Positions 43,388-54,755 of a stretch of 64,000 nt of DNA are shown one piece after another. Position numbers and translations under genes: made by a program. The notes below the pieces were generated by a model. It was not told where the DNA came from and searched no databases. It saw only the letters and a list, made by a program, of their open reading frames with translations. This DNA is from an uncultured Chloroflexia bacterium (GTDB lineage Bacteria > Chloroflexota > Anaerolineae > Anaerolineales > Anaerolineaceae). The DNA lies in assembly GCA_963752685.1 (NCBI GenBank), contig CAVVZR010000008.1, positions 1,931,825 through 1,995,824 of the forward strand, written 5' to 3'. Position 1 is the stretch's first letter, and every line of letters begins with the position of its first letter.

Positions 43388-46300
43388 AACAACCATGTCA
43401 GATATAAATCCCCCCATCCCAAGTTTATCTCAACCGCCCGATCCTACGGAACCGATCGCCATCGTAGGCATTGGATGTAGGTTCCCGGGCGGTGTGAATT
43501 CACCAGAATCCTTCTGGGATCTATTGAAGAACGAAGTGGATGCGATAACCGAGATCCCGGCCAGCCGCATGAACATCAAAGCCTTGTATGATCCAAGGCC
43601 TGCAACCCCCGGGCGGATTATGACCCATTGGGGTGGATTTCTGGATGAAATCGACCAGTTTGATGCCTCCTTCTTTGGTATGTCGCCGCGCGAGGCAGAT
43701 CGCTTAGATCCACAGCAGCGCCTGATCCTTGAAGTTGCCTGGGAAGCCATGGAAGATGCCGGGGAGCCGATCGGGACGCCAACATGTCTCAATGGTGGGG
43801 TTTTCATTGGTTGCTGGTTAAATGATTTCGAGGGAAGGTTATTTAACGATCCGGACCTAATTGATTTCTACATGACCACCGGCAGCGGTCGTTATTCCAT
43901 CGTTGGCAGGCTTTCCTATTTCCTGGGTATGCAAGGGCCAAGCATCAACGTAGATACGGCTTGTTCCTCCTCCCTGGTAGCCATCCATCTGGCATGCCAG
44001 AGCCTCCACAATCGAGAATGCTCATTAGCCTTAGCCGGCGGCACCAACGTAATTTTGCAGCCCAGTATTTCCATCGCCTATTCGCAATCCCGCATGATGG
44101 CGCCTGACGGACGATGTAAATTCGGCGATGCACATGGCGATGGTTATGTAAGGAGCGAGGGCGCAGCGTTGGTTGTGCTCAAACGTCTCTCAGATGCAAT
44201 CGCCGATAAAAACCCAATTTATGCAGTGATTCGTGGTAGTGCGGTCAATAATGATGGGCGCAGCAGCGGGTTTTTAACCACGCCTGGAGGCGCAGGGCAG
44301 GAGGATATGCTTCGTAAAGCTTATCAGAATGCAAATGTATCCCCAGGCATGGTCCAGTATATCGAAGCTCACGGTACTGGCACACGGGCAGGCGACCCGG
44401 TAGAAATCCAGGCATTGGGTGCGGTATTAAAACAGGACCGCCCCATGGGCCAATTTTGTAAAGTTGGCTCGGTGAAGACAAATATTGGGCATACAGAAGG
44501 CGCTGCGGGTGTAGCTGGCTTGATAAAAGTGGTATTGAGCATGAAAAACCACTATATCCCAGCCAGTTTACATTTCCAGGAACCCAATCCCGCAATCCCT
44601 TGGGATGATCTTCCGGTTCGAATCCAATCCAAAGGTGAAGCCTGGCCCGACCATGACGGACCTGCCCTTGCAGGGGTCAGCGCCTTCGGCATCGCGGGGA
44701 CCAACGCGCATATCGTCCTCCAGGAAGCTCCGATCCTCAACTCAACTTCCGACCAGAATTTTACTAGACCGATATCCGACACTCAATCCAGCGATGATCG
44801 CATGTATGTTCTGCCGATTTCTGCTCGCAGCCCGTCTGCGCTCCACGATGTTGTCCAAAGGATGAAAAACTTTATCGAAAATGGTGACGACCATTCTCTT
44901 AACGACCTCGCCTATACCACTGGCACAAGGCGCACCCATAACGATTATCGAACTTCGTTTATTGCCCAAACCATTCAAAATCTTGATGAGCAGCTCTCTC
45001 TCTTTTTAGAAGACTGGCAAGCAGAAGGTTTTCCCCTGGCAGAACCAACGAACCGCAAGATATTGTTTGTTTTCCCTGGACAGGGTTCGCAGTGGGCCGG
45101 GATGGGGCTTCAATTGATGGAAAGAGAGCCGGTCTTCCGAGCGGTTCTCGAACGCTGCAGTCAGGCTATCGAACCATTAACCGGCTGGTCGCTCATCGAA
45201 ATTTTACGCTCTTCGCAAGTCAAAGAGCGGTTGGAACACATCGACATTATTCAACCCGCGTTATTTGCCATGCAAGTAGCTCTTGCCGAACAATGGCGCG
45301 CCTGGGGGATTGAACCTGCTGCAGTTGCTGGACATAGCATGGGCGAGATTGCCGCCGCCTACATTGCAGGCGCCATTTCCCTGGAGGATGCCGCCAGGGT
45401 TATCTGCAAGCGCAGCCAATTAATGAGAACGGTCAGCGGCAAGGGAGCCATGATTTCGGTCGACCTTTCGTTTGACGATTCGCGAGCTGCGATCCAAGGA
45501 TACGAAGATAAAATCTCAATCGCAGTGAGTAACAGCCCCCGGTCCACTGTTTTATCAGGGGATCCTGATGCTATTGATGAAGTCTCTGCCAACCTAAAAA
45601 ATAAAAACATACTATTCCGCCAGGTGAAGGTAGATGTGGCCGCACACAGTCCACAGATGGAAGCGCTGCGGCCTTTGCTCGAAAAGTCCCTGGATGGTCT
45701 GCAAACCCAACCCACCGCTATACCGATTTTTTCAACCGTATCAGCTAAGCTAGAAGATGGCGCGAGTTTTGATATTGCATATTGGGGGCGCAACCTCCGC
45801 CAACCGGTTTTGTTCTCTTCAGTGCTGAAACTGGCTTTAGATCAAGGCTTTGATACGGTTATCGAAATTAGCCCACACCCGGTTCTTCTTTCCGCTATTG
45901 AGCAAGGATTTGGTATTTTTAAGCCCGACAGCGAAGTGCGATTTGCTGCACTCCCATCCGCCCGGCGTAATGAAAACGAACAGGTTGTGCTGCTACAGTC
46001 CCTCGGTAAGCTTTTTGAGCTTGGGCACCCCATCCAGTGGTCCCGCATTTATCCACAGGAAGGGAATTTCGTAAAACTGCCATCCTATCCATGGCAGCGT
46101 GAACATTTCTGGCTCAAGGAAGCTGAAATCGACGCCGGCGCCGTTTCCCACACCTCCTCCGGATTACTTGGCACACATTTCGAAACATCCAGCCAACCAG
46201 ACACCCACTTTTGGCAGACCATTCTATCCCTTGAGACAGTTCCGTATCTGAAAGATCACCGGGTAGGTGAGACCATTCTGATGCCGGCAGCAGCCTTTGT

Positions 46301-47024
46301 GGAACTGGCGTTGGAAGCGGCTGCAGCCCTCGAAAAGCCCCTGGTGGTTAAGGACTTTGAGCTTCGCGAAGCACGCTCACTTCAGGAAGGCATGTCGTAC
46401 ATCCTACAATTTGTGATGTATTCAGATCACAACTTTGAAATTATCAGTCGTCAGGATGGAATGAGCGAATGGACTCGCCATGCTACCGGTAACTTGAGTG
46501 CCGAAGAAGATCTGACGAAGCCTGCCGACCGGATTGGGTCTGACAACCTGCTTTTCACGGCGGAAAACCACACTGGCGCTGACCACGTCAATGCTATGCG
46601 TCGCCGCGATTTGGACTACGGGCCTTCCTTCCAGGCAGTTGATTCCTACCGCCACATCGACAATCAGGTTGTTGGGCTAATACATTTGCCCGACAACCTG
46701 ACAATGGGAGAGCATATCATCCACCCAACAGTTTTGGATGCTTGCTATCAACTGCTGGTTGGGTCCCTAGACGCTTCCTCCGCGGCCGGCGACGCATTCT
46801 TGCCAATCAAAATAAACAGCTTGAAGGTATTTGCTCGCCCACGCAGCGACTCTGCCCTGACTGCTCACGTGACTCGACGATCGTTCGCCTCGGATGATCT
46901 GTTGATTGGAGACATCCGTCTGGAAAACGAGAATGGTGACCTGATCCTTTTCACCAATGGGCTGGAATTACAGCGTTTCCACAACAACAATAAACACGCT
47001 GACGATTTGTTCTACGCGATTTAA
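43356..47024 (+). CDS. Type I PKS module 1, first part: KS-AT-DH (probable start Met 43395). Terminated by a single in-frame TAA at 47022
   Basis: KS motifs [59 protein letters not shown] motifs GHSMGEIAAAYIAG and VDVAAHSPQM. DH motif LKDHRVGETILMPAAAF (HxxxGxxxxP). Confidence 0.85.
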   Translation: MFFICPFSNIETTMSDINPPIPSLSQPPDPTEPIAIVGIGCRFPGGVNSPESFWDLLKNEVDAITEIPASRMNIKALYDPRPATPGRIMTHWGGFLDEIDQFDASFFGMSPREADRLDPQQRLILEVAWEAMEDAGEPIGTPTCLNGGVFIGCWLNDFEGRLFNDPDLIDFYMTTGSGRYSIVGRLSYFLGMQGPSINVDTACSSSLVAIHLACQSLHNRECSLALAGGTNVILQPSISIAYSQSRMMAPDGRCKFGDAHGDGYVRSEGAALVVLKRLSDAIADKNPIYAVIRGSAVNNDGRSSGFLTTPGGAGQEDMLRKAYQNANVSPGMVQYIEAHGTGTRAGDPVEIQALGAVLKQDRPMGQFCKVGSVKTNIGHTEGAAGVAGLIKVVLSMKNHYIPASLHFQEPNPAIPWDDLPVRIQSKGEAWPDHDGPALAGVSAFGIAGTNAHIVLQEAPILNSTSDQNFTRPISDTQSSDDRMYVLPISARSPSALHDVVQRMKNFIENGDDHSLNDLAYTTGTRRTHNDYRTSFIAQTIQNLDEQLSLFLEDWQAEGFPLAEPTNRKILFVFPGQGSQWAGMGLQLMEREPVFRAVLERCSQAIEPLTGWSLIEILRSSQVKERLEHIDIIQPALFAMQVALAEQWRAWGIEPAAVAGHSMGEIAAAYIAGAISLEDAARVICKRSQLMRTVSGKGAMISVDLSFDDSRAAIQGYEDKISIAVSNSPRSTVLSGDPDAIDEVSANLKNKNILFRQVKVDVAAHSPQMEALRPLLEKSLDGLQTQPTAIPIFSTVSAKLEDGASFDIAYWGRNLRQPVLFSSVLKLALDQGFDTVIEISPHPVLLSAIEQGFGIFKPDSEVRFAALPSARRNENEQVVLLQSLGKLFELGHPIQWSRIYPQEGNFVKLPSYPWQREHFWLKEAEIDAGAVSHTSSGLLGTHFETSSQPDTHFWQTILSLETVPYLKDHRVGETILMPAAAFVELALEAAAALEKPLVVKDFELREARSLQEGMSYILQFVMYSDHNFEIISRQDGMSEWTRHATGNLSAEEDLTKPADRIGSDNLLFTAENHTGADHVNAMRRRDLDYGPSFQAVDSYRHIDNQVVGLIHLPDNLTMGEHIIHPTVLDACYQLLVGSLDASSAAGDAFLPIKINSLKVFARPRSDSALTAHVTRRSFASDDLLIGDIRLENENGDLILFTNGLELQRFHNNNKHADDLFYAI

Positions 47025-48437
47025 TGGGAAGCTGCTCCCGAATTAATTCCTTCTTCTTCAATGGAAGGTCATTGGCTGATCGCAAGTGATCAGGAACATG
47101 CCGCAGGTCAGCTTCGCGCAAGCCTGGAGACCCAGCAAGCGGTTTGCCGTATCCCGGCAAACGCATTTGATGGCAGTAAGATTGATCAGATCAACGCAAA
47201 AACCCAACATTTGGATTTGAGCGAACCATTAAGAGGCGTCATCTTCCTTGCCGTAGAATCCGCCGATCCACCGCCTATGGCTGCGGATCAACAATCGCTG
47301 AGACTTCTGGAACTGGTTCAAAAATTAGCCCAAGTAGATTGGAAAGAACCACCCCGGCTGTGGATTGTCACCCTGGGTGCTCAAGCTGTACTCCCAGGAG
47401 AGGCTTGTTCACCAGCATTGACCTCATTGTGGGGGCAAGCTGCCACAATTGCTCATGAATTCCCGGAATGGCAAACCTCACGAATCGATCTCGATTCGCT
47501 TGAGGCAATCCCACTCCTTTGGCAAGAACTGGCAGCCAGGCAAACCGATTCCGTCGCATTGCGAGGTGGGAAGCGTTTTATCCCTCGCCTTGTTCACCCA
47601 AATCTGCTCCAGGATGGTCTATCAAGCACAACACTGGCTGCTCCGGCCGGGGATCGCCCTTTCCAGGTAGAGGTCCCCCACCCCGGTTTATTAGACTCGC
47701 TTGAGCTCCGCGCTTGTTCGGCGCCTCAACCGGCGCCCGGCCAGGTTATCATTGATGTACATTCATCCGGGATGAACTTTATCGACGTGATGAAAGCCAT
47801 GGGCATTTATCCGGGCGCCAATCCCCTCGAGCCGGTCGCGCTGGGTCTGGAATGCTCCGGGACCATCCTGGCGATAGGCGACAATCCCAATCCATCAACG
47901 CATCAATTTGCTGTTGGGCAGGAAGTGCTCGCCTTTGCACCCCACACTTTTAGTAAATTGGTTACCGCTGACATTGATCTTGTAGCTCCTATACCGCCAT
48001 CTCTGAGTTTCGATCAGGCTGCCACAGTTCCGGTGGTATACCTGACTGCTTACTACGCCTTAATCCACCTGGGACGCATGCACCGCGGCGAACGAGTGCT
48101 CATCCATTCTGCAGCCGGTGGGGTGGGGTTGGCTGCTGTACAACTGGCACAGCATGTTGGCGCCGAAATTTTTGCGACTGCCGGCAGTGACGAAAAACGC
48201 GCCTATCTGCGCTCCTTGGGTATCCAACATATCATGGACTCGCGTTCGCTCGATTTCGCCGATCAAATCATGGCCAGCACAAATGGCCGAGGCGTAGATC
48301 TGGTATTGAATTCATTAACCGGCGAAGCCCTTACCAAAGGTCTCGAAATTTTAGCGCCATACGGACGCTTCCTCGAAATAGGCAAACGGGACATTTACCA
48401 GAATACCCGCATCGGGTTGCTCCCATTCCAGAATTAA
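47025..48437 (+). CDS. PKS module 1, enoyl reductase (MDR-type ER) domain; same reading frame as the KS-AT-DH part
   Basis: The WEAAPE linker follows the TAA directly in frame. NADPH motif [20 protein letters not shown]. The domain's C-terminus continues in another frame after ~48430. Confidence 0.8.
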   Translation, partial: WEAAPELIPSSSMEGHWLIASDQEHAAGQLRASLETQQAVCRIPANAFDGSKIDQINAKTQHLDLSEPLRGVIFLAVESADPPPMAADQQSLRLLELVQKLAQVDWKEPPRLWIVTLGAQAVLPGEACSPALTSLWGQAATIAHEFPEWQTSRIDLDSLEAIPLLWQELAARQTDSVALRGGKRFIPRLVHPNLLQDGLSSTTLAAPAGDRPFQVEVPHPGLLDSLELRACSAPQPAPGQVIIDVHSSGMNFIDVMKAMGIYPGANPLEPVALGLECSGTILAIGDNPNPSTHQFAVGQEVLAFAPHTFSKLVTADIDLVAPIPPSLSFDQAATVPVVYLTAYYALIHLGRMHRGERVLIHSAAGGVGLAAVQLAQHVGAEIFATAGSDEKRAYLRSLGIQHIMDSRSLDFADQIMASTNGRGVDLVLNSLTGEALTKGLEILAPYGRFLEIGKRDIYQNTRIGLLPFQN

Positions 48438-49644
48438 CCTGTCCTATTTTGCCATCGATCTCGACCGAATTGCCCGCGAACGCCCCGAATTTCTAGGCGA
48501 GATGTTGGCAGAAGTCATGGCCCTGCTTGAAAAAGGTGAAATTTCGCCATTACCCATTACCGCATATCCGGTCATCCAGACTAATGATGCCATGCACCAT
48601 ATGTCAGAGCCGGACCATATTGGTAAGGTTGTGCTCAACATGACTGATCCGAATGTGCCGGTGCTGCCTTCATCCCAGGAGACAGCCATGATCAAATCTG
48701 ATGCCACATACCTGATCACAGGCGGGCTCGGTGGGTTGGGACTGGCGGTTGCCAGCCAGCTGGCAGATCTGGGTGCGCGCCATTTGGCTCTGGTAAGCCG
48801 CAGCGGCGAAGAACGATTATCCCCGGAAGCCAAAACCTCCCTGGAAGGCTTGCGGGGTAAAGGCGTAAATCTCGCTATTTTGGCTGCAGATATCGCCGAT
48901 ACGGATCAAACCAGGGAGGTGCTTGCTCACATCCGCGAACACCTGCCCGCTCTGCGGGGGATCATCCATGCGGCTGGGGTGCTCGATGATGGCACCCTAT
49001 CCCAATTAACCCCCGAACGCATGCGAAATGTTTTTGCGCCCAAAATAGCCGGCGCATGGAACCTTCACTCGCTCACCGAGGACTTGACGCTCGACTTTTT
49101 TGTACTCTTCTCCTCAGTCACCTCACCTTTCGGCTCGCCGGGCCAGGGCAATTATGCTGCCGCTAACGCATTCATGGATGGCCTTGCTCATTATCGCCAA
49201 TTCTTGGGTCTTCCGGCACTCAGCATCGATTGGGGGCCGTGGAGCCAAATCGGACTGGCTGCCCAGCGACTCTCAAGGCGGTTTACTAGGTTTGGGCGGA
49301 TTTATACCGATACCCCCGAGGAAGGTCTGGACATATTCATCCGCTTGTTGGAGATTTCAGCGTCGCAAATCATTGCTACAGGCTTCAACGCGGGAGAATG
49401 GATCCAATCTCACCCGGCCGCATCCCGCTCGACCCTGTTTTACAATTTTGAAGACAGTGCTCCCGGCGCCGAAAGCACATCGACCGAGTCTGTCCGTGCC
49501 AACCTGCTGGCGGCCCTTCCGGGACGGCCAAGACACACCATATTGGAAACTTACGTTAAAGAACAGGTCGCACAAGTCCTTCGCCTGCCTCCGCTCGCGT
49601 CGATTTGCACAAACCGCTGCGCACCCTGGGATTGGACTCGCTGA
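48430..49644 (+). CDS. PKS module 1, ER C-terminus plus ketoreductase (KR); offset from the ER by one frameshift
   Basis: NLSYFAIDLDRIARERPEFLGEMLAEV completes the ER. KR Rossmann motif TYLITGGLGGLGLAVA, LDD motif HAAGVLDDG and catalytic SSVTSPFGSPGQGNYAAAN. Confidence 0.8.
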   Translation, partial: RINLSYFAIDLDRIARERPEFLGEMLAEVMALLEKGEISPLPITAYPVIQTNDAMHHMSEPDHIGKVVLNMTDPNVPVLPSSQETAMIKSDATYLITGGLGGLGLAVASQLADLGARHLALVSRSGEERLSPEAKTSLEGLRGKGVNLAILAADIADTDQTREVLAHIREHLPALRGIIHAAGVLDDGTLSQLTPERMRNVFAPKIAGAWNLHSLTEDLTLDFFVLFSSVTSPFGSPGQGNYAAANAFMDGLAHYRQFLGLPALSIDWGPWSQIGLAAQRLSRRFTRFGRIYTDTPEEGLDIFIRLLEISASQIIATGFNAGEWIQSHPAASRSTLFYNFEDSAPGAESTSTESVRANLLAALPGRPRHTILETYVKEQVAQVLRLPPLASICTNRCAPWDWTR

Positions 49645-49922
49645 TGTCTATCGAATTCCGCAACCGCCTGGAAAGCGGTCTGGAGATAGCGCTTTCCGCG
49701 ACCCTGGTATGGAACTATCCATCGATCAACGATCTGGTCCCCCACCTCGCTGAAAAAATGGGTATTACATTGGATGGTGGCGCTGTTCCCGAGGCGGAGG
49801 TCGTGAAACCTGCCACGGGCTCCCAGGAACCGGCCAACTCAGAGGACCTCAATAACCTCAGCGACGCGGAGCTGGCGGCGATGTTGGATAGTGAATTGGA
49901 CAAAATTGATGATTTGCTCTAA
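49590..49922 (+). CDS. PKS module 1, ACP domain and C-terminal docking helix; offset by one frameshift
   Basis: The LGLDSLMSIEFRNRL phosphopantetheine-attachment motif is present. C-terminal LSDAELAAMLDSELDKIDDLL matches the C-termini of modules 2 and 3. Confidence 0.8.
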   Translation, partial: SARVDLHKPLRTLGLDSLMSIEFRNRLESGLEIALSATLVWNYPSINDLVPHLAEKMGITLDGGAVPEAEVVKPATGSQEPANSEDLNNLSDAELAAMLDSELDKIDDLL

Positions 49923-50065
49923 AGGCCAATTCTTGTTGGAATCCCCTCTGGCTTTGCAGCCTATAATGAAACTAGGCATGCCTCCAACAGGTAAATCTCT
50001 CAACATCGAGCAATTGTTTGGTTGGTTTCATCCCTGCTGTTCGATGACCCAGGAATAAGGTAACT

Positions 50066-53000
50066 ATGACCACCGAAAACGACAACACCACCCAGTTAAA
50101 ACGGGCCTTGCAATCCCTCAAAGAACTTCGACTTCGCCTGGAAAGTGTGGAACGCGCGCGCCGAGAACCTATCGCCGTGATCGGCATGGCTTGCCGCTTC
50201 CCGGGTGGGGCCGATTCTCCAGAGGCCTATTGGGACGTGCTGAAAAATCGGGTCGATGGCATTGTGCCCATCGCCAATTGACCGTTGGGATGCGGCTGCG
50301 CTTTTCGATGCGGACCCCGGGTATCTGGCAAAGTAGCCACTCGCTGGGGTGGATTCTTACCGCAGGTAGACCGATTTGATGCCGCTTTCTTTGGCATCTC
50401 TCCTCGCGAGGCCATCCATATGGATCCGCAGCAGCGTCTGCTCCTGGAAGTGGCCTGGGAAGCATCGAAGATGCCGGTTTGACCTGTTGAAAAGTTGGCC
50501 GGCAGCCGCACTGGTGTTTTTGTCGGTGTTCACAGCCACAGCAGCGATTACTACTTGATGCAGGCCCTAGACCCCGAGGACATCGGACATCTACTCCGGC
50601 ACTGGCACCTCCCATAGCGTAGTCAGCGGGCGAATGTCTTACTGGTTTGATCTGCATGGCCCCAACATGGCGCTGGACACAGCTTGTTTCTTCGTTGGCT
50701 GCAGTCCATCTGGCTGTCCAAAGCCTCCGCAATGGCGAAAGCAATCTGGCGCTGGCAGGGGGCGTGAATGTCATCCTCACCCCGCATTTCACTATGATGA
50801 CCTCAAAAATGCGCATGTTGTCGTCCGATGGACGCTGCAAAGCATTCGATTCGCGTGCGGATGGAATTGGGCGCGGCGAAGGCAGCGGTGTTGTAGTGCT
50901 CAAAGAGATTATCGGATGCCTTGAGAGACGGCGATCACATCCTTGCATTGATCCGCGGTTCAGCTATCAACCAGGATGGCCACTCAAATGGCCTGACCGC
51001 CCCCAACGGCCTCTCCCAACAAACCGTCATCCGCGATGCATTGAAAATGCGGGGGTAAAACCTGAGCAGGTCAGCTATGTGGAGACCCATGGCACAGGCA
51101 CCCCTTTAGGTGACCCGATCGAAGTCGAAGCGCTCAGCGAAGTTTACGGCTCCCCCCATCCTCACGCGTTCCCTGCGTCTTGGGATCCTCCAAAACCAAT
51201 CTGGGCCATCTCGAAGGCGCTGCCGGGATAGCCGGTTTTATGAAAGCCGTGCTTTGCCTTACAAAACGGCACCATCCCAGCCAATTTGCATTTCAACAGA
51301 CTCAATCCCCATATTTCTCTGGCTGGCACTCGCCTGCAAATCGCAACCGAAGAGCGCCTCTGGGAAACGGGCAACGAGCCGCGTCTGGCGGGGATCAGCG
51401 CATTTGGTTGGTCAGGCACCAATGTCCATGTCGTCCTCGAGGAATTTAAACAAGGGGATCGGGAACCCATAGTTCAGCCATCTCATTCCCGGTCGCTCGT
51501 ACCAACTATTTTGCCCATCTCCGCTCGCTCCGCTGGAGCGCTCAAAGAGTTAGCAACGGCATATCAATTGCGATTGTCTCTACCCAGAAATCTCATTGGC
51601 AGATCTTTGCCACACCGCAGCGCTCCATCGCAGCCATCACGAACACCGTATGGCGATTGTCGGTTATACGACAAGTGATATGCTCGAAGCCCTGACGGCC
51701 TTCGAGCACGGTGAGAGCCACCCACGTCTGCAAATGGGTCTGGCGGCCGAAAACCGGAAGCCTGGGATCGTCTTTGTATATTCCGGGGTGGGCGGCCATT
51801 GGCCTGGGATGGGAAGCCAACTGCTGGCCCAGGACCCAATCTTCAGCCACGTGATCGAACAATGTGATGCAGCCTTCCGCCCTTATGTCAATTGGAGTCT
51901 GATCGAACAGCTAAAGGCTGGAAAAGAAAATTCACGTTTCGACGAAATTGATGTGGTGCAGCCCTGTTCGTTTGCGATCCAAGCTGCACTCACTGCAAGT
52001 TTGCAAGCACGGGGGATCATTCCCGACGTTGTCATTGGCCATAGTATGGGCGAAGTGGTCGCGGCATATGTTTCCGGGGCCCTTTCTCTGGAAGATGCCT
52101 CTGCAGTCATTTGCAACCGCAGCCGGCTGATGCGCCGCGTCAGCGGTAAAGGCGCGATGGCCGCTATCGGCCTGACCCGCGAAAAAGCTGACGCGTTGCT
52201 TTCGAATTATCGAACCCGTTTATCCATAGCTGTGAGCAACAGTCCCTCATCCACCGTTCTGTCTGGAGATCCTGAAGCTTTAGAAGAAGTGCTAATAGGC
52301 TTGCGCGCCCAAAACATATTTACGCGCGCTGTCAACGTGGATGTGGCTGCTCACAGCCCCCAAATGGACCCTTTGCGCCCCGAATTAGTAAGTACTCTTT
52401 CCAATATCCACCCCAAAGCCACCACGATCCCGCTCTATTCGACAGTGCTTGCCGGCCCAGTCGACGGATCATCTCTGAACGCAGATTACTGGGGGAAGAA
52501 TTTACGCCAACCTGTGCTATTTTCTTCTACGATCGAGCAAGTAATTGCTGAAGGTTACGATATTTTCATCGAATGTGGACCCCACCCGCTGCTTTTGCCG
52601 GCCATTTCCCAGGCCGTGCGCCCTGAAAACTCTCAAAACAATCCATTGACCCTCCTTCCTACGATGCGCCGGGCCGAGAACGAGCAGACCATCCTGCAAT
52701 CTGTTGCTGCGGGGCTGTACACAGCCGGGGTCTCCGTAGATTGGAAAAAGATTCTCCCCGAACCGGGCGATTTCGTCCACTTGCCGGCCTATCCCTGGCA
52801 GCGTAAGCGCTATTGGATCCAGGTGAAACAAAATGCCTTCGATCCTCTGGCCAATTGGGTCTACCAGATAGAGTGGAAACCGCAAGATAACAATTCCGTG
52901 CCCATCCCCCAATCCCTGGGTACATGGCTGGTCTTCTGTGAAACCAGCGATCCATCTACCCGGGTTTGCTCTTGGCAAACCGGATCAGCGCTTTCGGCGG

Positions 53001-54750
53001 GAATTCTGTTTGTGTCTACAAGGGAAACGGATACGACCAAGAATCATCTGATCGTTTTCGCGTGGACCCACACAAGCCTGAGCATTTCAAAAAGTTGCTG
53101 GGGCAGTGTGTGGCAATTCTCCGGCCTTGCAGGGAGTTGCTTATTCGTGGGGCCTGCAGGCACCCAAAGCCGACCAAATCGATCTGCAACATTAAGAAGC
53201 CCAATCTGTTTTACTGAGGGGGGCGCTCCATCTGGTTCAGTCCCTGGCGGAAACCAATGGCAGCCAGGCGGTAACCCGCGCCTATGGTTAATCACCAGGC
53301 AGGCCCAGCCCGTTGCAGGCGACCGCCCCCTGGCTTGGCGCAGTCCACCTTGTGGGGCCTGGGGCGAGTGGTCGCCTTTGAACATCCCGATTTATGGGGC
53401 GGCCTGATTGATGTCGACGACATGCCCCCGATAAACTCCTCGCCGATCTCAGTGGGGAACCCGATCAGCAAATCGGGTTCCGCCGGGGAAGGCGCTATGG
53501 GCTCATCTGTTGCGCCAGACCATCTCCTCCCTCGACCTCCACCTGACCTTACTGCCCGATGCCAGCTATCTGGTAACCGGGGGGCTGGGCGGCCTGGGGT
53601 TAAAAGTGGCCAATTGGTTGGCAAGCCACGGCGCCAAACACATCGCCCTGATGGGGCGCAGCAGCGGCTCAGAGGCCGCACGCCAGGCGGTTCAGGCGCT
53701 GAGATCCGCGGCGTCCAGGTGCCATGGTCCAGGGAGATGCCAGTCAACCGGAGGATCTCCACCGAATTCTGGCTGAAATTTCGCAGGCAATGCCTCCGCT
53801 GCATGGCGTGATCCATGCCGCCGGCGTTGTGGAAGACGCACTTTTGGTGCGCCAAAATTGGGCCGGCTATGAACAGGTATTCGCCTCAAAAGTAGCCGGT
53901 GCCTGGAACCTGCACGAACTCACCCAGGAGTTGCCGCTTGATTTCTTCGTGCTGTTTTCTTCGGCGGCATCGCTCCTAGGCACACCCGGTCAGGCAAACT
54001 ATGCCGCCGCCAACGCTTTTATGGATGCGCTGTCCTTTGAACGCCATGCTGCCGGCCTGCCAGCCCTGTTGATCAATTGGGGCGCATGGGATGAAGTGGG
54101 GATGGCCGCCGGCAGGACAGCAAGCCGCCTGGCCCGTTTGGGCATTGAAAGTTTCTCACCGGAAAAGGGGCTGGCTGGCTTGGGACGGCTGATCCACCAG
54201 CGGCGCCGCAGCCCTTGTGCCTCGATGAAATGGGAGAAATTCACGTCCAAGGCCCGGGCGGCTACACCTGCTTCTTTCTTCTCCGGCTTGACGCGGAACG
54301 ATGCACCGGCAAAACCTCCGCCTGATCAACGAGGAGAACTCAAAGCATCCTCCAGCTGCTCGAATCTGCCCATCCCGCGCGCGCGCAGATTTGCTGGGCA
54401 GCCATATCCATAAAATCGTGGTCAAGGTACTTTCCTATGACAGCAGCCAGACATTGGCTCACGACCAGGGTTTCTTCCAACTCGGGATGGATTTCGTTAA
54501 TGGCATGGACCTTAAAGAAAGCCTTGCAAAAGAGCCTGGCCGGCTCTTTACGCACTACCTTGGCGTTTGATTTCCCCAGTATCAACCTGCTCACCCAGAT
54601 ATTTCTAACCGAATTGTTCCCCCAGCAGACACGTCGCCGAAGAATCGCCGCCCCCCCCTTCGATCACGACGAAGCATTGGACGAACTACCCACGAGGAAT
54701 TGAAATCGATGCTCGATATTGAAATGCGAAGTTTGGAAAACGACCTATAA
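50066..54750 (+). pseudogene. Type I PKS module 2 (N-docking-KS-AT-psiKR/KR-ACP-C-docking), fragmented by at least 10 frameshifts. This is either a genuine pseudogene or a low-quality sequence region
   Basis: Domains are readable only by hopping frames. [23 protein letters not shown]...[45 protein letters not shown] and GHSMGEVVAAYVSG are present. There is no DH between the AT and psiKR (LAQSTLWGLGRVVAFEHPDLWGGLIDVDD). KR motifs YLVTGGLGGLGLKVA and FFVLFSSAASLLGTPGQANYAAAN. ACP remnant, and the docking tail [18 protein letters not shown]. Confidence 0.7.
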
Positions 54751-54755
54751 AACTT

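Noticed and set aside
50169-50948. 259-aa minus-strand ORF inside PKS module 2
   Set aside because: It is antisense to recognisable KS sequence and is an Arg/Pro-rich shadow ORF.
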